From Perna viridis (Eukaryota), in assembly GCA_037379345.1 (NCBI GenBank), contig CM074514.1, forward strand, positions 6,944,001 to 7,008,000: a DNA stretch of 64,000 nucleotides, given 5' to 3'. The notes below the pieces were generated by a model, which saw only the letters and a list, made by a program, of their open reading frames with translations, was not told the origin of the DNA and ran no database searches. Below, in pieces: positions 1 through 12,500 of the stretch. Position 1 is the first letter of the stretch, and each line of letters starts with the position of its first letter. The position numbers and the translations under genes were made by a program.

Positions 1-174
1 GGGGGTCAAAAGAAGGGGGAGTAAAGAACAAAACATAGCCTCAAAAGGTGAGGTTAGAGTATGGAAGGAATATCAGCGAGAAGACTTGCAAAAAATAGTC
101 TTAAAAGTAAAAGTAAAATAGAATTTTTATCATTTTCTTCTCAGTTGTCGAAGAAGAGGGTCGTCGTTCACAAA

Positions 175-450
175 ATGTCCACGACCTGTCCAGAATGCAA
201 GATAATCTTTACAAGAAGGTATAATATGAAACGTCATTATAGGAAAACTCATGGATACCAAACTTTAACTGATGCACCCCATCGGAGTGAAACCAGGTGT
301 TCTCCTTATTCAAGACCATCGCAAGGATCACTGCGTCTATCACGCTACGAGAACCATGCAAACAAACCAATACAGTCCACATACGCATCTTGTTCAGCAA
401 AAGACAACCTTAGAAAGACAGAATCGTTGCAAACTGATTTATCGGACTAA
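175..450 (+). CDS. C2H2 zinc-finger ORF of the Maverick-like element, probably the N-terminus of the ATPase ORF
   Basis: CPECKIIFTRRYNMKRHYRKTH fits C-x2-C-x12-H-x4-H. It is in the same frame as ORF 457-1023, separated by a single TAA. Confidence 0.6.
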   Translation: MSTTCPECKIIFTRRYNMKRHYRKTHGYQTLTDAPHRSETRCSPYSRPSQGSLRLSRYENHANKPIQSTYASCSAKDNLRKTESLQTDLSD

Positions 451-456
451 GATACT

Positions 457-1290
457 TTGATGACAGAACTACACCAATATGCTTTAAAAGAAAAAAACCA
501 AGATTTTTTGATGAATGGACTACGCCAAGACCCTTATACTTCGATGAAAGGACTATCCAAATTGATCCAGGATGAAACTCAAGAAAACTTACCCAAGGAC
601 CAAACTGACGAAAACTTTTTCATACACCCGACAGATGATACCCTTGCTTTCGACGTACCCAAAGGATACTTGGATGACCATTTCATGCCGTGGGCCCGTC
701 CCTTTACCGGTGTCATAGCAGGACCCACCGGAAGTGGAAAAACTATGTTTGTACGCCGATTCGTACAAAACATGAAACACATGATGATGCCTAGACCCGA
801 TCGAATAACGTGGTACTACGATGTGTACCAGACCATTTATGAAACCATGGAGGATATATACTTTGTACAAGGACTCCCGGACTTTGACACCTTGGATCCC
901 AGAGAGAGACACTTGCTTGTTCTAGAAGATATGATAAATTCGGTCATCGAATCGATCTCGCATTCTCATCATAAAAATATAAGTGTCATGTTGCTGGTTC
1001 AGAATCTGTGCAACAAAAACTAGTATCACAGAACCATCAGTCTGAATACCCATTATCTGGTTCTTTTTAAAAATCCCAGAGACGTATCACAGGCCATGAC
1101 CATTGCCCAACAAATGTTTCCCAAAAAGACAAACTACTTCATGAAATCGTACTAGTATGCCCCCGCCAAACCCCACGGATATTTATTGATCGACATGAAA
1201 CAGGGCACTCCCGACAACTTGAGATTGAGAAGCAACATTTTCCCATGGGAAATTTAGGATGTGTTCTTGGATTTAAAAAAGTATAAATAG
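457..1290 (+). pseudogene. Maverick/Polinton DNA-packaging ATPase (A32/FtsK-HerA superfamily), interrupted by in-frame stops
   Basis: Walker A GPTGSGKT and Walker B LLVLED, then SHHKNISVMLLVQNL. Reading through TAG stops at 1021, 1153 and 1255 gives RTISLNTHYLVLFKNPRD...KPHGYLLIDMKQGTPDNLRLRSNIFP, motifs typical of Maverick packaging ATPases. Confidence 0.85.
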
Positions 1291-3289
1291 AGATGAAAAA
1301 GGACATGTGGTCACTTCGTGAATGACCCGCAAAGGAGATGGACGCACCCGGAGCAATACAAGATTTACAAGATAGTCCCCTGTCGAGGGATTCATTTAGA
1401 AGAGATCACCAGTCGTGATGCCATACACGTGCAATGGACGAGCACAATGCAAATAACAAAAGATGAAATGAAATGACAAATGAAAATGAGGTCCCAAAAA
1501 GACCTCGTGGTAGACCAGCTGGAGGAAAGAAAAAAGCCAATAAAATAGATGTGACACTTACAAATGGAACTGTATAGAGAGAAGTTCGGAACAAAGATCA
1601 TGTAGCTGTATTAAGAACGTAAAACGTACAACGTCAGAATATCAAATACAAGTGGAAACCAGAGCGGATTATCGTGCATCCTTGTATAAGAAACAACGAC
1701 CTTTAGAAATCAAGAAAGTTACAGAAGTTCAACAAGATGAATCATATTGATCTACGATGCCAGAACCTAAGAGGATAGTTCATCAAGAAAAAAAAGGGGG
1801 GGCTATATGGCTATACAACGAAAACCTAGTTGAAAGACCAGAAGTAATGTAAACAAAAGGAAGTGAAGATTAAATAGAGTGGAAAAGACAGCATTGACGT
1901 CAACGATACTCGGACGGCAAGTTTCATACTAAAGCGGAATCATAAGAAGATCAGATCGTGACGTGTTATTTAAAGGGGAAGAAGAACACTTGATGGAACA
2001 TACCATTGAGCAAGAACCGGATTTGAAATACAGACGACACCCGACGAATATATGAATATGAATTGTAAATAAAATATAAAAGAAAAAATAAAATATGTTT
2101 GTGTAATAAAACAAACTGAAGAAAGACCTCCTTACAAAACAGGGTAGCTCAAAACCGATAACACCTGTTAGCGATAGCATAACAAGCATATTTACTCTCA
2201 GAGCCTCATAACACGGATCAAAGTATATGTAACTTGAAAACATACTATAGCAATAAAAAGTTCCTTATAAAGAATCCATCATACAATACTTAAAGATAAA
2301 AAAGGGGCGAAGGAAACAAACCATGAATGAAATTATAGAGAGAAAAATAAAATTCCATAGTTCAATGGTTTACCCCTACAACATTGAAAGTATGAAAAAG
2401 AAATCGGTTTACCCGATAGAGCCTCATAACACGTTCAAAGGGTGTACGCGACATGCAAATATCGAAAAAGACAAACATTAAGCGATCATATAAGTCTCAA
2501 ACTTTAACAAAAAAAATGGCGTAGGAAACAAACGACAAATGCAAATATGGAGAGAAAAAATTCGTCCATGGTTTACCAAAACAACCCCATAACGAGTCAA
2601 ATCAAGTACACGCGACATGTAACATTGAAAGTATGCAAAATAAATCGGTTTACCCGTTAGAGCCCACAAAAATGAAAAGGTTGAGTACGTCTGTAATAGT
2701 TGATGAATTAGTCGACAAAAAAATCTGAAATGAAAGGCAAAACACCATTCAAAAGCTACTAACTTTCCAAATGTAAACCTTACAATTGTCAGGATAATCT
2801 TCAGACATTAGTCAAAATGAAAACATTAATTATTCAAACTGAATTAAAAAAATATTAAACATAATTAAACAAAAATGTAGTTCTTAGTGGTAAACATTAC
2901 ACAACACGTCCTTAAAACTGTAATGTATTCATAAAGCAGAATAAAAACGGTTAAAAATCAATACATGAGCTAATGCAAAGTTTCAAACATCTGTCTAATC
3001 CGTGATACATCTATTCAAATTACACAATCAATAGAACACAAAGAAATCCAAATCAAAATTTAAAATCTATTCAAAGTGCCCATTCAATTATTATTATTAT
3101 TATTACTACTACAAAGACAATGACATTACAATCAATTTAAAATAATAATTAAAAAAAATTAACGTTAATGAAAAAAATGAAAATTAAAAAAGCAATATAA
3201 ACAAAGAAAGATAACTCTTGTCATAATACACCCCCTTTTTTATACTTACCTGTTTATAGTATACTATATAATTACAATTAGGACACTTA

Positions 3290-3563
3290 ATGGGGATGCC
3301 TATGGAGGTCGTTTCCTCTCCTCCCAACCTTTAAGACCTCCCTTCCCAGATCAGAGGGTCCCCATGTTCCTTTTATTGGTCCCCCATCTAAGTAAACTTC
3401 CGGTCACCCAAGGTCCACTTCCGGTCATACCCAAGGGGCACTTCCTGTCCCCTCCCTCTACCGGTCACTTCCGGTCCATGGCCACCGGATGTGACGTCAT
3501 GCATATGCGCATTGGGGTGCTCCACCCGAAAGATAATAAGCCTAGAACTTATAGTACACTACT
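3290..3563. repeat. Putative terminal inverted repeat of the Maverick element, with ETS-like and CRE motifs
   Basis: Four ACTTCC(G/T)GT motifs (about 3396, 3418, 3441, 3467), TGACGTCA near 3492, terminus ACTACT. The partner TIR is not in the window. Confidence 0.6.
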
Positions 3564-3599
3564 AATATTTCTTGACTAGCTTAGCTATAGAATGGTTGT

Positions 3600-3601
<2 letters not shown>

Positions 3602-3638
<37 letters not shown>

Positions 3639-3650
3639 GATATATATATG
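3602..3650. repeat. (TA)n microsatellite
   Basis: Direct observation. Confidence 0.9.
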
Positions 3651-5479
3651 GAAGATATATTTACAAAGAGAATTATGGAAAAAGTTTACAATTAATTTGA
3701 TTAATGAGGGTTGGGGACAAAAAGCAATTGACGTCTATTCACTTGATATTTTATATGTAAATTCCAGCACATTCTTTAGGTTAAATGTGAATGTTAAGTT
3801 TATTCATTACAGCATATGTATTCGCAATTATTGAAAAAATACTAAAATGTAACTTAGATTTCTTTTCCACAGCTTCTTAACACCGACAACGAGGTTTTAA
3901 AATTTCATTATCTATTACTTTATAGTTATCGGTTAATCCATTTTCCTATTCTCTTTTTAATTCGGAATAGTAAAAAAATAATTTTGGTTGAATAAATATG
4001 ATATTCAAAGACTATATAAAACATTGTCGTTGGTGAATAATAAAGCCGTTAAACAGTGTATTCTGTCTCTTTGAGGCCCAAACCACTTACATATTATTGC
4101 CAAAAAAACAAAAAATCGGGATAGATATGTACAAAGTAGAAAGATCCCGTAACATAATGTACACTGTGTGTTTAAAATGAGGCTAACTATACCTAAATCA
4201 TAGTCATAGGTCACAAAGATACGACTGCTTTAATTTGAGATTTGAAACTTTTGCTAGAAGATAACCTAGGCCAAAGCAACGAGATTACAAAGAAAAACAC
4301 CAAAAGGAAATTGTAAGAGTTAAAATCGAAAAAATTAATTCATCGGACCACTATTAATAAACTCACATGCAACACATTTTTCTTGACATTTAGAGTAGAG
4401 AGCAATGTACACGTTTGTCGTTTTCCTTTGTCATCCAGTATTTTTTTTTTTTTTTTTTTTTGTAAAATGAACTGTCATCTACAAGGTAACTTGAGTAAGG
4501 TTGAGCTACTATTACATTTTTATAGACTCCACGAGCGAATATATTTCAAAAAAAACTTTTTTTCTTTTTTCTTTCATTGCCGTCTGGTATGTTGTAAAAC
4601 CCATTCGTGAAAAACATTAACAAATTGTTGACTTCTTGTGAAAACCGGTTAAATTATTCAATTTTAACAATATCTAATAATGTTCTTTATATATCGTCTT
4701 ATTGTGAACGAAATTGCTCTTGTTAACAAAAAATATACATATTATTGAATTGGAAATTATAGCTTGAAAAGTGTTTTGACAATATTTTATTTGTATGTGT
4801 ACTTCTAGTTGATGTGCCTTTGTTGTGCAGTTTTTTAACTACTTCGTCATAGCGACACATATTTCAAAGACAAACTAAAAAAATAAGTTTCGACTTATCG
4901 AGTTGTTTTTTTTCCACTTGATTGAATGTTAATCATTAATCGTTTTTTATAGTTCGAGCAAAACAGAAAATTTAGATATTAGATTTAGCCATTCATTCTG
5001 TATGAACCCGGTGAAATTAAATGGCGCCAGTGAAAATATAAATATCCATGAAATGTGCAATATCTTAACATGAAAATAATCAGCTAAGCTAAACGAAAAA
5101 AGCGTGTATTCCAATGAAGGCGGTAACTTTTAAAATCAATAACCAACTCTACGTGATAGACTGCGTAAAAAATACGTATACGAGATATACTACGTATAAA
5201 CAATAAAGAAATGAATCAAATATAACTAAATATAAATGTAATCAAGTGAAAACCTAAACAAGACAGCCAAAATAAAATATTTGAAAAAAAACTTAGATAA
5301 AACAACACTTTAACCATTTTTCAATCGAAAAGTGTATTGAAAATTCGGGAAAATTTATATTTAATAACACAAAGGTTCGTATAATTAATCCTCTGTTGAT
5401 AAATCTGAAAAGACCAAAGTCTTGGGAGTACAGTATGCGATGCTGATGAGAAAACACTTTTTTTAACAAATACTCTCAC

Positions 5480-6240
5480 AAATTTCACCCATACACGATC
5501 GAGACAAAAAAAGAGGGACAGAAAGCTATATAGAACCTATTAAGACAACGCAATTCAATTTATTGTCCAAACAAGGCTACTTTTCAAGACTCGATAAGTC
5601 ATCGTATACGTACGATACCTCTACTTTTGCAATATATCTTTAACAAATCCTTAGAACAATGCCCGGCTAGCTAGAACATTTCAAACGTAAATGCAATCTT
5701 CACTAATGCAGACACCTCCTTACCATATAGCTATAAACAATATCTGTCATAAGTTGTGTTGGAAAAGTTATTGAACGTACCTTTATAATCATGTATATAC
5801 TCACTTCAAAATAGCATATGATATACAGATACCAATCTGGCTTCTTGCCTAATCGTTCAATAATATACCAACTGTTCGCAGTGTATTATTCAATTTTATA
5901 TTCTTTAGAAAAGGAGAGAAATTAGCTGCTTTGTCTTTTTCAAAGACTTCGCTAAGTTTGGCATAAACGGTAATGTTATCAGTTAAAAGCCTACGAAATA
6001 GAGAGTCAACTACAAGACTGGATCAAAAGAAAGAAATCATCGGGAAGAACGCATTATGAAAGTGTAACAGATTTTCTCGATAAACTGTTCTAAACAATGG
6101 CTTATATGTTTTAACCCTAGCCAAACCGATACTGTGTTCTTCATGAACGCTGAAAAACTAAAGATAATGTTTATCTTAATTACAAAATAATTGTCCCGAG
6201 CGAAATTTAAAAAAAAACATTTAGGGGTAACATGTTCTTA
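5480..6240 (+). mobile_element. Highly decayed non-LTR (CR1/L2-like) RT fragment
   Basis: Frameshifted remnants translate to ISVISCVGKVIER, YQSGFLPNRSIIYQL and SKTSLSLA/KVWHK-like motifs typical of LINE RT. Confidence 0.55.
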
Positions 6241-6481
6241 TCGTTGGTGTTTTTTTATTGCGTATTTCATTGCTTGATGTTGTTATGTCGGCGACAATTC
6301 TATGTGGTCACTATGGAATGGTGACTTAATGTTTTGCTTCCTTGTTTAATATAATGAAACTGAGGACCACTCAATTGAAAATAGCATAATTTCTTATTTT
6401 AAAAACAACATCTGATTGGGTCAAGAGATTTTGTTTTTGTCCAAATTATAGGCAAAATCACTGTCCCCACTCATTGAGTAA

Positions 6482-6702
6482 GAGAGTAATCAAGGGAACC
6501 AAGGTTATAGCGGTAACCAAAAGAATGTAATCCGGGGACAAAGAGCAGACATGGTAAACAGACATAGTAAACAGACATACACAACAAAGAACATAAAGTA
6601 ACTAAAATCATACATACAAAGTAACAAAAGCAAATGAGCAACTCGGACTCCACTAAAAACTGGGAGAATGGACCATGTGCACCGGTAGGATAAGCGTCCT
6701 CT
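6482..6702 (-). mobile_element. 3' end fragment of Penelope-like element family A, inverted relative to the adjacent copy
   Basis: Reverse complement matches 7905-8110 and 36056-36250. Confidence 0.85.
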
Positions 6703-6949
6703 GGTCAATAAAACATAAAACCAATTATGCAATGCAAAACTTTTAAAAACATAAAACCAATTATGCAATGCAAAACTTTTATATCTCGATTTATGTCAAA
6801 TCTTCTTTAATAAATACAGATTACTGTTTTTTTACTATTTTTCTTCAAGTTTTCAAGCTGGAATGTTCATTTCTACTTAGCAATATTATATGGAATCCGA
6901 CTCAAAGACCTTCAGGAAATTGATACATTGAAGTAAATCGTGTAACACA

Positions 6950-8110
6950 AGATTATCTTAATGATAAGCTATGCATTCTATTCCCCATACTCAGTTAAAA
7001 TCCCGACTTAAAAACATTATACATCGTTGTTTTTCCAAAAAGGATGGTACACCTAGATACAAATATATAGTTCTTGGTAGAGATTCCTCATAATCTGTAA
7101 GAAATAATTCTAAATCATCTTCCAAATATACAGAGGAAGATGTTTACAAAATGCTGGAATTTTTAAAGACAACATTAATTGACAACATATTTGTCCAGTG
7201 TGGTGGACGTGTTTTTCAACAAACGGTTTGCATTCCGATGGGAACAAATTGTGCTCCTTTACTTGCTGACCTATTCCTTCACTCTTATGAGGCTGACTTT
7301 ATAGCTGATCTGATCCGAAAGAAAGAATATCGTTGGCTAGGTCCTTTAATCTCAGTTTCTATATAGATGACGTATTATCTTTAAACAATCCTAATTTCGG
7401 GGATTTGATACATCGCACCTACCCCAAAGAACTTGAGATATAGGATACTACAGACACTGTGAAGTCAGCCTCATATCTTGACCTACACTTAGAAATCGAA
7501 GGTAATGGAAAACTATTGACCAAACTTTACGACAAACGTGATGACTATTCATTCACAATTGTCAACTTTCCTTTCATTTGTGGCAATATCCCTTCAGCAC
7601 CTGCGTATGGAGTGTTCATATCACAACTCATACGTTATGCCAGAGCTTGCTGAAACTACGCAGACTTTTTGCATCGCGCTAGAACTCTAACAAATAGGCT
7701 TCTGGGACAGGGTTATGTTGCTACAAGATTGAAGTCATCACTACAGAAGTTTTATGGTCGTCATCATGAACTCGTGGATCGTTATGGTGTATCCATCTGC
7801 ACCGTGAAAACTGATTTATTCAACAGGTCATAGTGTTCCTTTCCTCGTTTGTCTACCCCGGACTTGAATTTTTATGAGCAACTCGGCGGGTGTTTCTAGA
7901 AAAGCAGAGGACGCTTACCCTACCGGTGCACCTGGTCCATTCTCCCAGTTTTTAGTGGAGTCCGAGTTGTTCATTTGCTTTAGTTACTTTGTATGTATGA
8001 TTTTAGTTACTCTATGTTCTCTGTTGTGTATGTCTTCTTTCCATGTCTGGACTTTGTCCCTGGATTACATTCTTTTGATTACCGCTATAACCTTGGTCCC
8101 TTGATTACTC
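6950..8110 (+). mobile_element. Penelope-like retroelement (family A), 5'-truncated and decayed: RT core, thumb and 3' UTR
   Basis: IPMGTNCAPLLADLFLHSYE, (R)YIDD, SASYLDL, KLYDKRDD, PAYGVFISQLIRYARAC, KFYGRHHELVDRY. No GIY-YIG follows the RT, which is compatible with the Naiad/Chlamys-type arrangement (N-terminal endonuclease). Confidence 0.85.
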
Positions 8111-8425
8111 ATTCATATTTCTTACTTATTTCCGCATCTAAATCATTTCAAATAATAAATTTAGTCGCTTTTAAGTTTGGTATATTTTAGTACTTTTAAA
8201 GAATGCAGACATTTTTTGAAGGGTCTAAGAAAAACAAACCAATACAAAATAAGATGATCACACCCTTTCTTCTTTTACACAACATTGGATGTTTGTTTCT
8301 TCGCCATTTAGATGGATTTGCTGAAATACGTTTGTTTAGAGAAGACATTCATAAAGTAACGCCTTTTAATTGTTTGCATAACAAGATGTCTTATACTACC
8401 CATTCACTTTGAAGGAAAGAAAATC

Positions 8426-9555
8426 TCATTTCACAGTCGGATTCCTGTTTGTGTCTAGTGCAGCAACTCCGGATTCAACAATGACATTGAATACACTGAG
8501 AATGTTTTCTTCACTTTCCTCTATCCCTTCGTTTCCCTCACTACCCTGTATCCCTTCAACTACGTTTCCTTCATTTTTTTGTATTCCTTCCACTAGATTC
8601 CCTTCATTTTCTTGTATCCCTCCAACTAAGTTTCCTTCAATTTCGTCTTCAACTATGTTTTCTGTATTAATGTGGGATTTTAAGTCATCGTTTTGTTCAG
8701 ATATTGAAAAAGTTTCAACAGATCTTTCTCTCTTAATGCAGACCAATGACTCCTCTTTCTTTTCCATATTTAGATCAGCCGTGTCATTTTCTATTGAATT
8801 GTTTGTGCTCAATAAATCACTCGTCCTTCTGTTTGGATCACATTGGCCTTCTTGTAGCAATTCAGTCTCGTTTTCGAGATTTTTATCAACAATACTCTTC
8901 CCAGATTTGCTTCTTAACTCTTTTTGTTTTTTCATCATTGCTGCTTTGGCTATGGTTTCTTGCCATTTATCTCTAATTTCATTCTTTTTCTGAAGAATTT
9001 CTATAGACCGTTCTTGCTCTGGCTTAAGTGATGAAGTTTTGTGACCATAATGAAACATTTTCATCTCAACACCAAACTCTAATCTAGATTTTGGCCTTAA
9101 ATTTCGCGGTCGCAAATCATCAATTTTTGGAATTCTGTCTATCGTTTTAGAGACACTTTCGTGCCATTTACTTTGTCTTACGTCAGGAGGTTTATCGGAC
9201 ACTTTGTTGCCTCTCCTCGATCGCCAAACAGGAATGTAGATTTCCTCATCGGTGTACAAATTTCTAAAATAAATAGATTCTCCTTTTGATTTCGATTTAA
9301 CATCCGTTTGAGCCTCATCAATCTCAGACGACATAGTTAATGAGTCTCCAATTTCTGTCCCGATTCCAGATTCTGGGGAAGAGTGTCCATTTTCATACGT
9401 CACTGCATCCTGACCTGTGCATTCTTCTTCTTCTTCACTTTCAACTTGATGTGGCGGATCGAGACAGAACATTGTAATGACCAGTGTTACAAACGTCAAA
9501 ATCGTCATTATAGATATTGGTACCATAGAAACTGCAATGGCTCTTGAAAACCAAT
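8426..9555 (-). CDS. Terminal exon: TM helix plus about 340-aa acidic cytoplasmic tail with 11-aa repeats
   Basis: AIAVSMVPISIMTILTFVTLVITMFC hydrophobic segment after an AG acceptor at 9556-9557; long stop-free ORF; EGNLVEGIQxN repeats. Confidence 0.8.
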
Positions 9556-12500
9556 CTAAAAAAAACATAACTATTTCATTATCAGCATGTATTTCAGCCA
9601 TTGCATATTTTCTTTGTATTAAGCGGGGTATTAAGTTTGTGATATTGTAAGAAACGGACCTAAAACATACGCTGTAGACAACGCCACTGTAGAAGAGTGT
9701 CCTTCATTTCTGATTTTCAATTATACATGTCCATGCATTCTAGCTTGAAACATATATATCAATACTTAATCTTCTAATCTTAAACCTACACAAATTTTAA
9801 AAATCTCAAAGTATGAAGTATATTTTGCTATGTTCAATGAAGATATTTCTGTTATAAATAACATTGGGAAATTTATAAATAATCTTACCAATACACTTTC
9901 TCAAATCACTTGTACGTCCACTATATCAGTTCACATGATTGCGTCTTCATTGACAAAGAAACATTGATTTACTTTACTTTACTGTTTTTGTATACAGTTA
10001 AAATTTCAATGCTTTTTTTTAATAAATAAAGAGTAATAAAATTTCAATAGATATCGTGATAAGCGTGGTAATGGGTATGCTTCTGGGGTCTCAAATCATT
10101 TGTGCAATCCAGCTTAAAGAAACTATTTTCTTTACTGGATGGGCCAAACTGGAAGAATTATTAATGACATTATAGAAGTCACTTTAACGTAATTAGATTG
10201 TGTTCCTTTTTTGACTTACCTTTAAAGTCATAATTCAAACGAATTACCTCCCTTTATTTATATTTTATGTCTACCTGAGCTTTCATATGACGCCCTATTC
10301 AAGATTAATTATCATTATACAGAATAAGACATCATACCAGGTGGAATGTAAGTGGATTCCTCCTTAGTCTCTATCAATCTGAGGATTAAATAACTTGTTG
10401 TTGATCCATATGGATCCTGACAACATATAAATATTCTGTATGCGTCATTGTCTCCATAAGAGAAGGCAGGGTTAAAACTGGTCCATATTTCTAGAAAGAT
10501 AGGTTAAAGCTCAAATAATCATCAACATTAGAGTCGGAGAGTTATATCACTCCCCGGTATGACAAGATGGTTTCAGATTCTTATTTTCTCAATGGACAGT
10601 GATGAGTAATAAATATAACATACATCACATTTAGTTTTTACTCATATCACGTTGATGTGTTATTGAGACATTTTACAGATAGTTATTCCTATACCTTACT
10701 CATGTTAAATGGAAATGCTCATATTTTGTACCAATCCATGTGAAAATGGTTGATTTAATTTGCAAAAAAACCTACAAACATATTTTAGGTAACTATAGTT
10801 CTTTTTGTCGCAAAGATAAATTTGTGATAAAATTATAAATTTATCTCCCTCTTAATAATTCTTGCCAAATACCTATTTCATGTACAATCTGTATATTTTT
10901 TTATCGCAAAACCAATGTGGTCAGGAACCGTTTCTGATTAAGAATGTATTTTTTTTTTTTTGGAATGCAGTAATCATCCCATATCAAATATTTATGAACA
11001 TTGCTACGTAATACAAAAACCGCCCAAACGTCGCATTGACATGGGGCCACTTATATCAACGTTCTGTATCACTTCGGTTGTATCGAGCAATCGATCAAAG
11101 GTATTTTACTTACTTCGAACAAGAGTTGCTAAATCTTAAGATACAAGAATTCATCAGTCGGTAAAAGCATAGAAATACTCTAAAATCATTCAATATTTGT
11201 ATTTTATTTTGTGTAATAATATACCTTTGCTATCATTTTTGAAATCAAAGTTCGATGTAAATGGAAGTGTTCCTGATAATGTACAACATACTGGGTCGTT
11301 TGTTGCATCAGTGACGTTGATTCTATACAAAAATATCGGTTCCTTAATATCTTCGCTGATCTCCATGATATGGGGAAGGTTATTGACAATAGGTGGCTGA
11401 AAACATAATGTATAAATTGAAGTATTTGACATTTTTACTTTTGTTGATCAGAAATTAAATCACTGGCATCTAACTTTTTTATTATAATTTCTTAGATTCT
11501 TTTTCATATCAAAGAGTATCTTCCATACAAGATTTTTTCTAGAGAAAAAAACTGACTCAAAATGCATTCATTTGTAGATGTTTTACTATTGCTATTTGTA
11601 TATTGCAAATTTCGATATGCTGTACACGTGTTTCATTGAGTCATCAGCAGCATTATAATATACAGGAAGGTCTAAATCATTTTTTAATGAGTACGTCCAC
11701 AAACTCAAACTGGAAGAGAATATGGTGTGTATTCGACTCATTTTTAAAAGTGCACTGCATACCGCGATGTTGGCCAACCAGATTACAATACAATTTATAC
11801 CATAATTATTGTGCTATTTAAAGTCAATTTAAGTGGTAGTCGCTTATAGACATCAGCCTTGTCAAGTTAATAATTTCTTACAAAAATATCACTCCCGGCC
11901 CCAGCACCACGAAACTTTAAACAATACTTAGGTATGAAAAAAATTCTCTACTCTCTGTGACGTCAACAATTTCAACGACTTTGAACGAGTTTTCATGGTA
12001 TTTTCAAGTTTTGTGGCAGTGGGGGCCATGAATACATTTGTTATTTTACTTTTAAAAGGGGATCAAAAGCGTTTTTTTTTTATTATTATTATTTTGGATA
12101 TTGTATATATATGCCAATTGTAAATGTGTGCTTTCATTGGTACATGTGCGTCTATTGGGGACGAAAAAGGCAGACACAATGTCAAATAGTGGTAAACTAT
12201 AGATAGACATCTGTTTACTTACTGCATTATACGTTGACACAGTAACAGTCGTTGACGCAGTATGCTGACAGGAATCCTGTCCAGTTATCGTTATTATGTA
12301 CGGACCACTTGGACCCGATGGCAACTTTTGTCTCAAAGTTAAATGAACTGAAATTAATATGTTCATCCATCTAAAATCAGTAGAACCTTATACAATGTTA
12401 TTTTTCTCAATCACATCGCATGTGAGCGCAAAAAGTTAATAATAATAATAATAATAATAATGGCACGAAGACGTCACACAAAAATCTACAGCACTAGCAA

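Larger units (their letters stand above)
1..3563 (+). mobile_element. Right-hand end of a decayed Maverick/Polinton (adintovirus-like) element; left part outside window
   Basis: Contains a Maverick-type packaging ATPase. The GC-rich subterminal block 3290-3563 has repeated CACTTCCGGT motifs and ends in ...ACACTACT at 3563 (reverse complement AGTAGTGT, matching Polinton 5'-AG...CT-3' termini). Sequence switches to AT-rich host DNA after it. Confidence 0.75.

Noticed and set aside
1021-1257. Three in-frame TAG codons in the ATPase suggesting read-through or recoding
   Set aside because: The segment after Walker B also looks shortened, and neighbouring element ORFs are broken, so ordinary pseudogenisation is simpler.
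7651-7653. In-frame TGA in the Penelope-like RT as possible selenocysteine
   Set aside because: The sister copy at about 18784 has CGT (Arg) here, and the element has other frameshifts, so this is decay.
7874-8190. Short hydrophobic ORFs (ESELLICFCYFVCMIL...) recurring at 6471, 7874, 29469 and 35904
   Set aside because: They are translations of the T-rich 3' UTR of the Penelope-like repeat, not a gene family.
8409-8993. Plus-strand 194-aa ORF, and likewise 26968-27483, 57585-57914, 60204-60416 and 16365-16721
   Set aside because: Antisense shadows of real minus-strand coding sequence.
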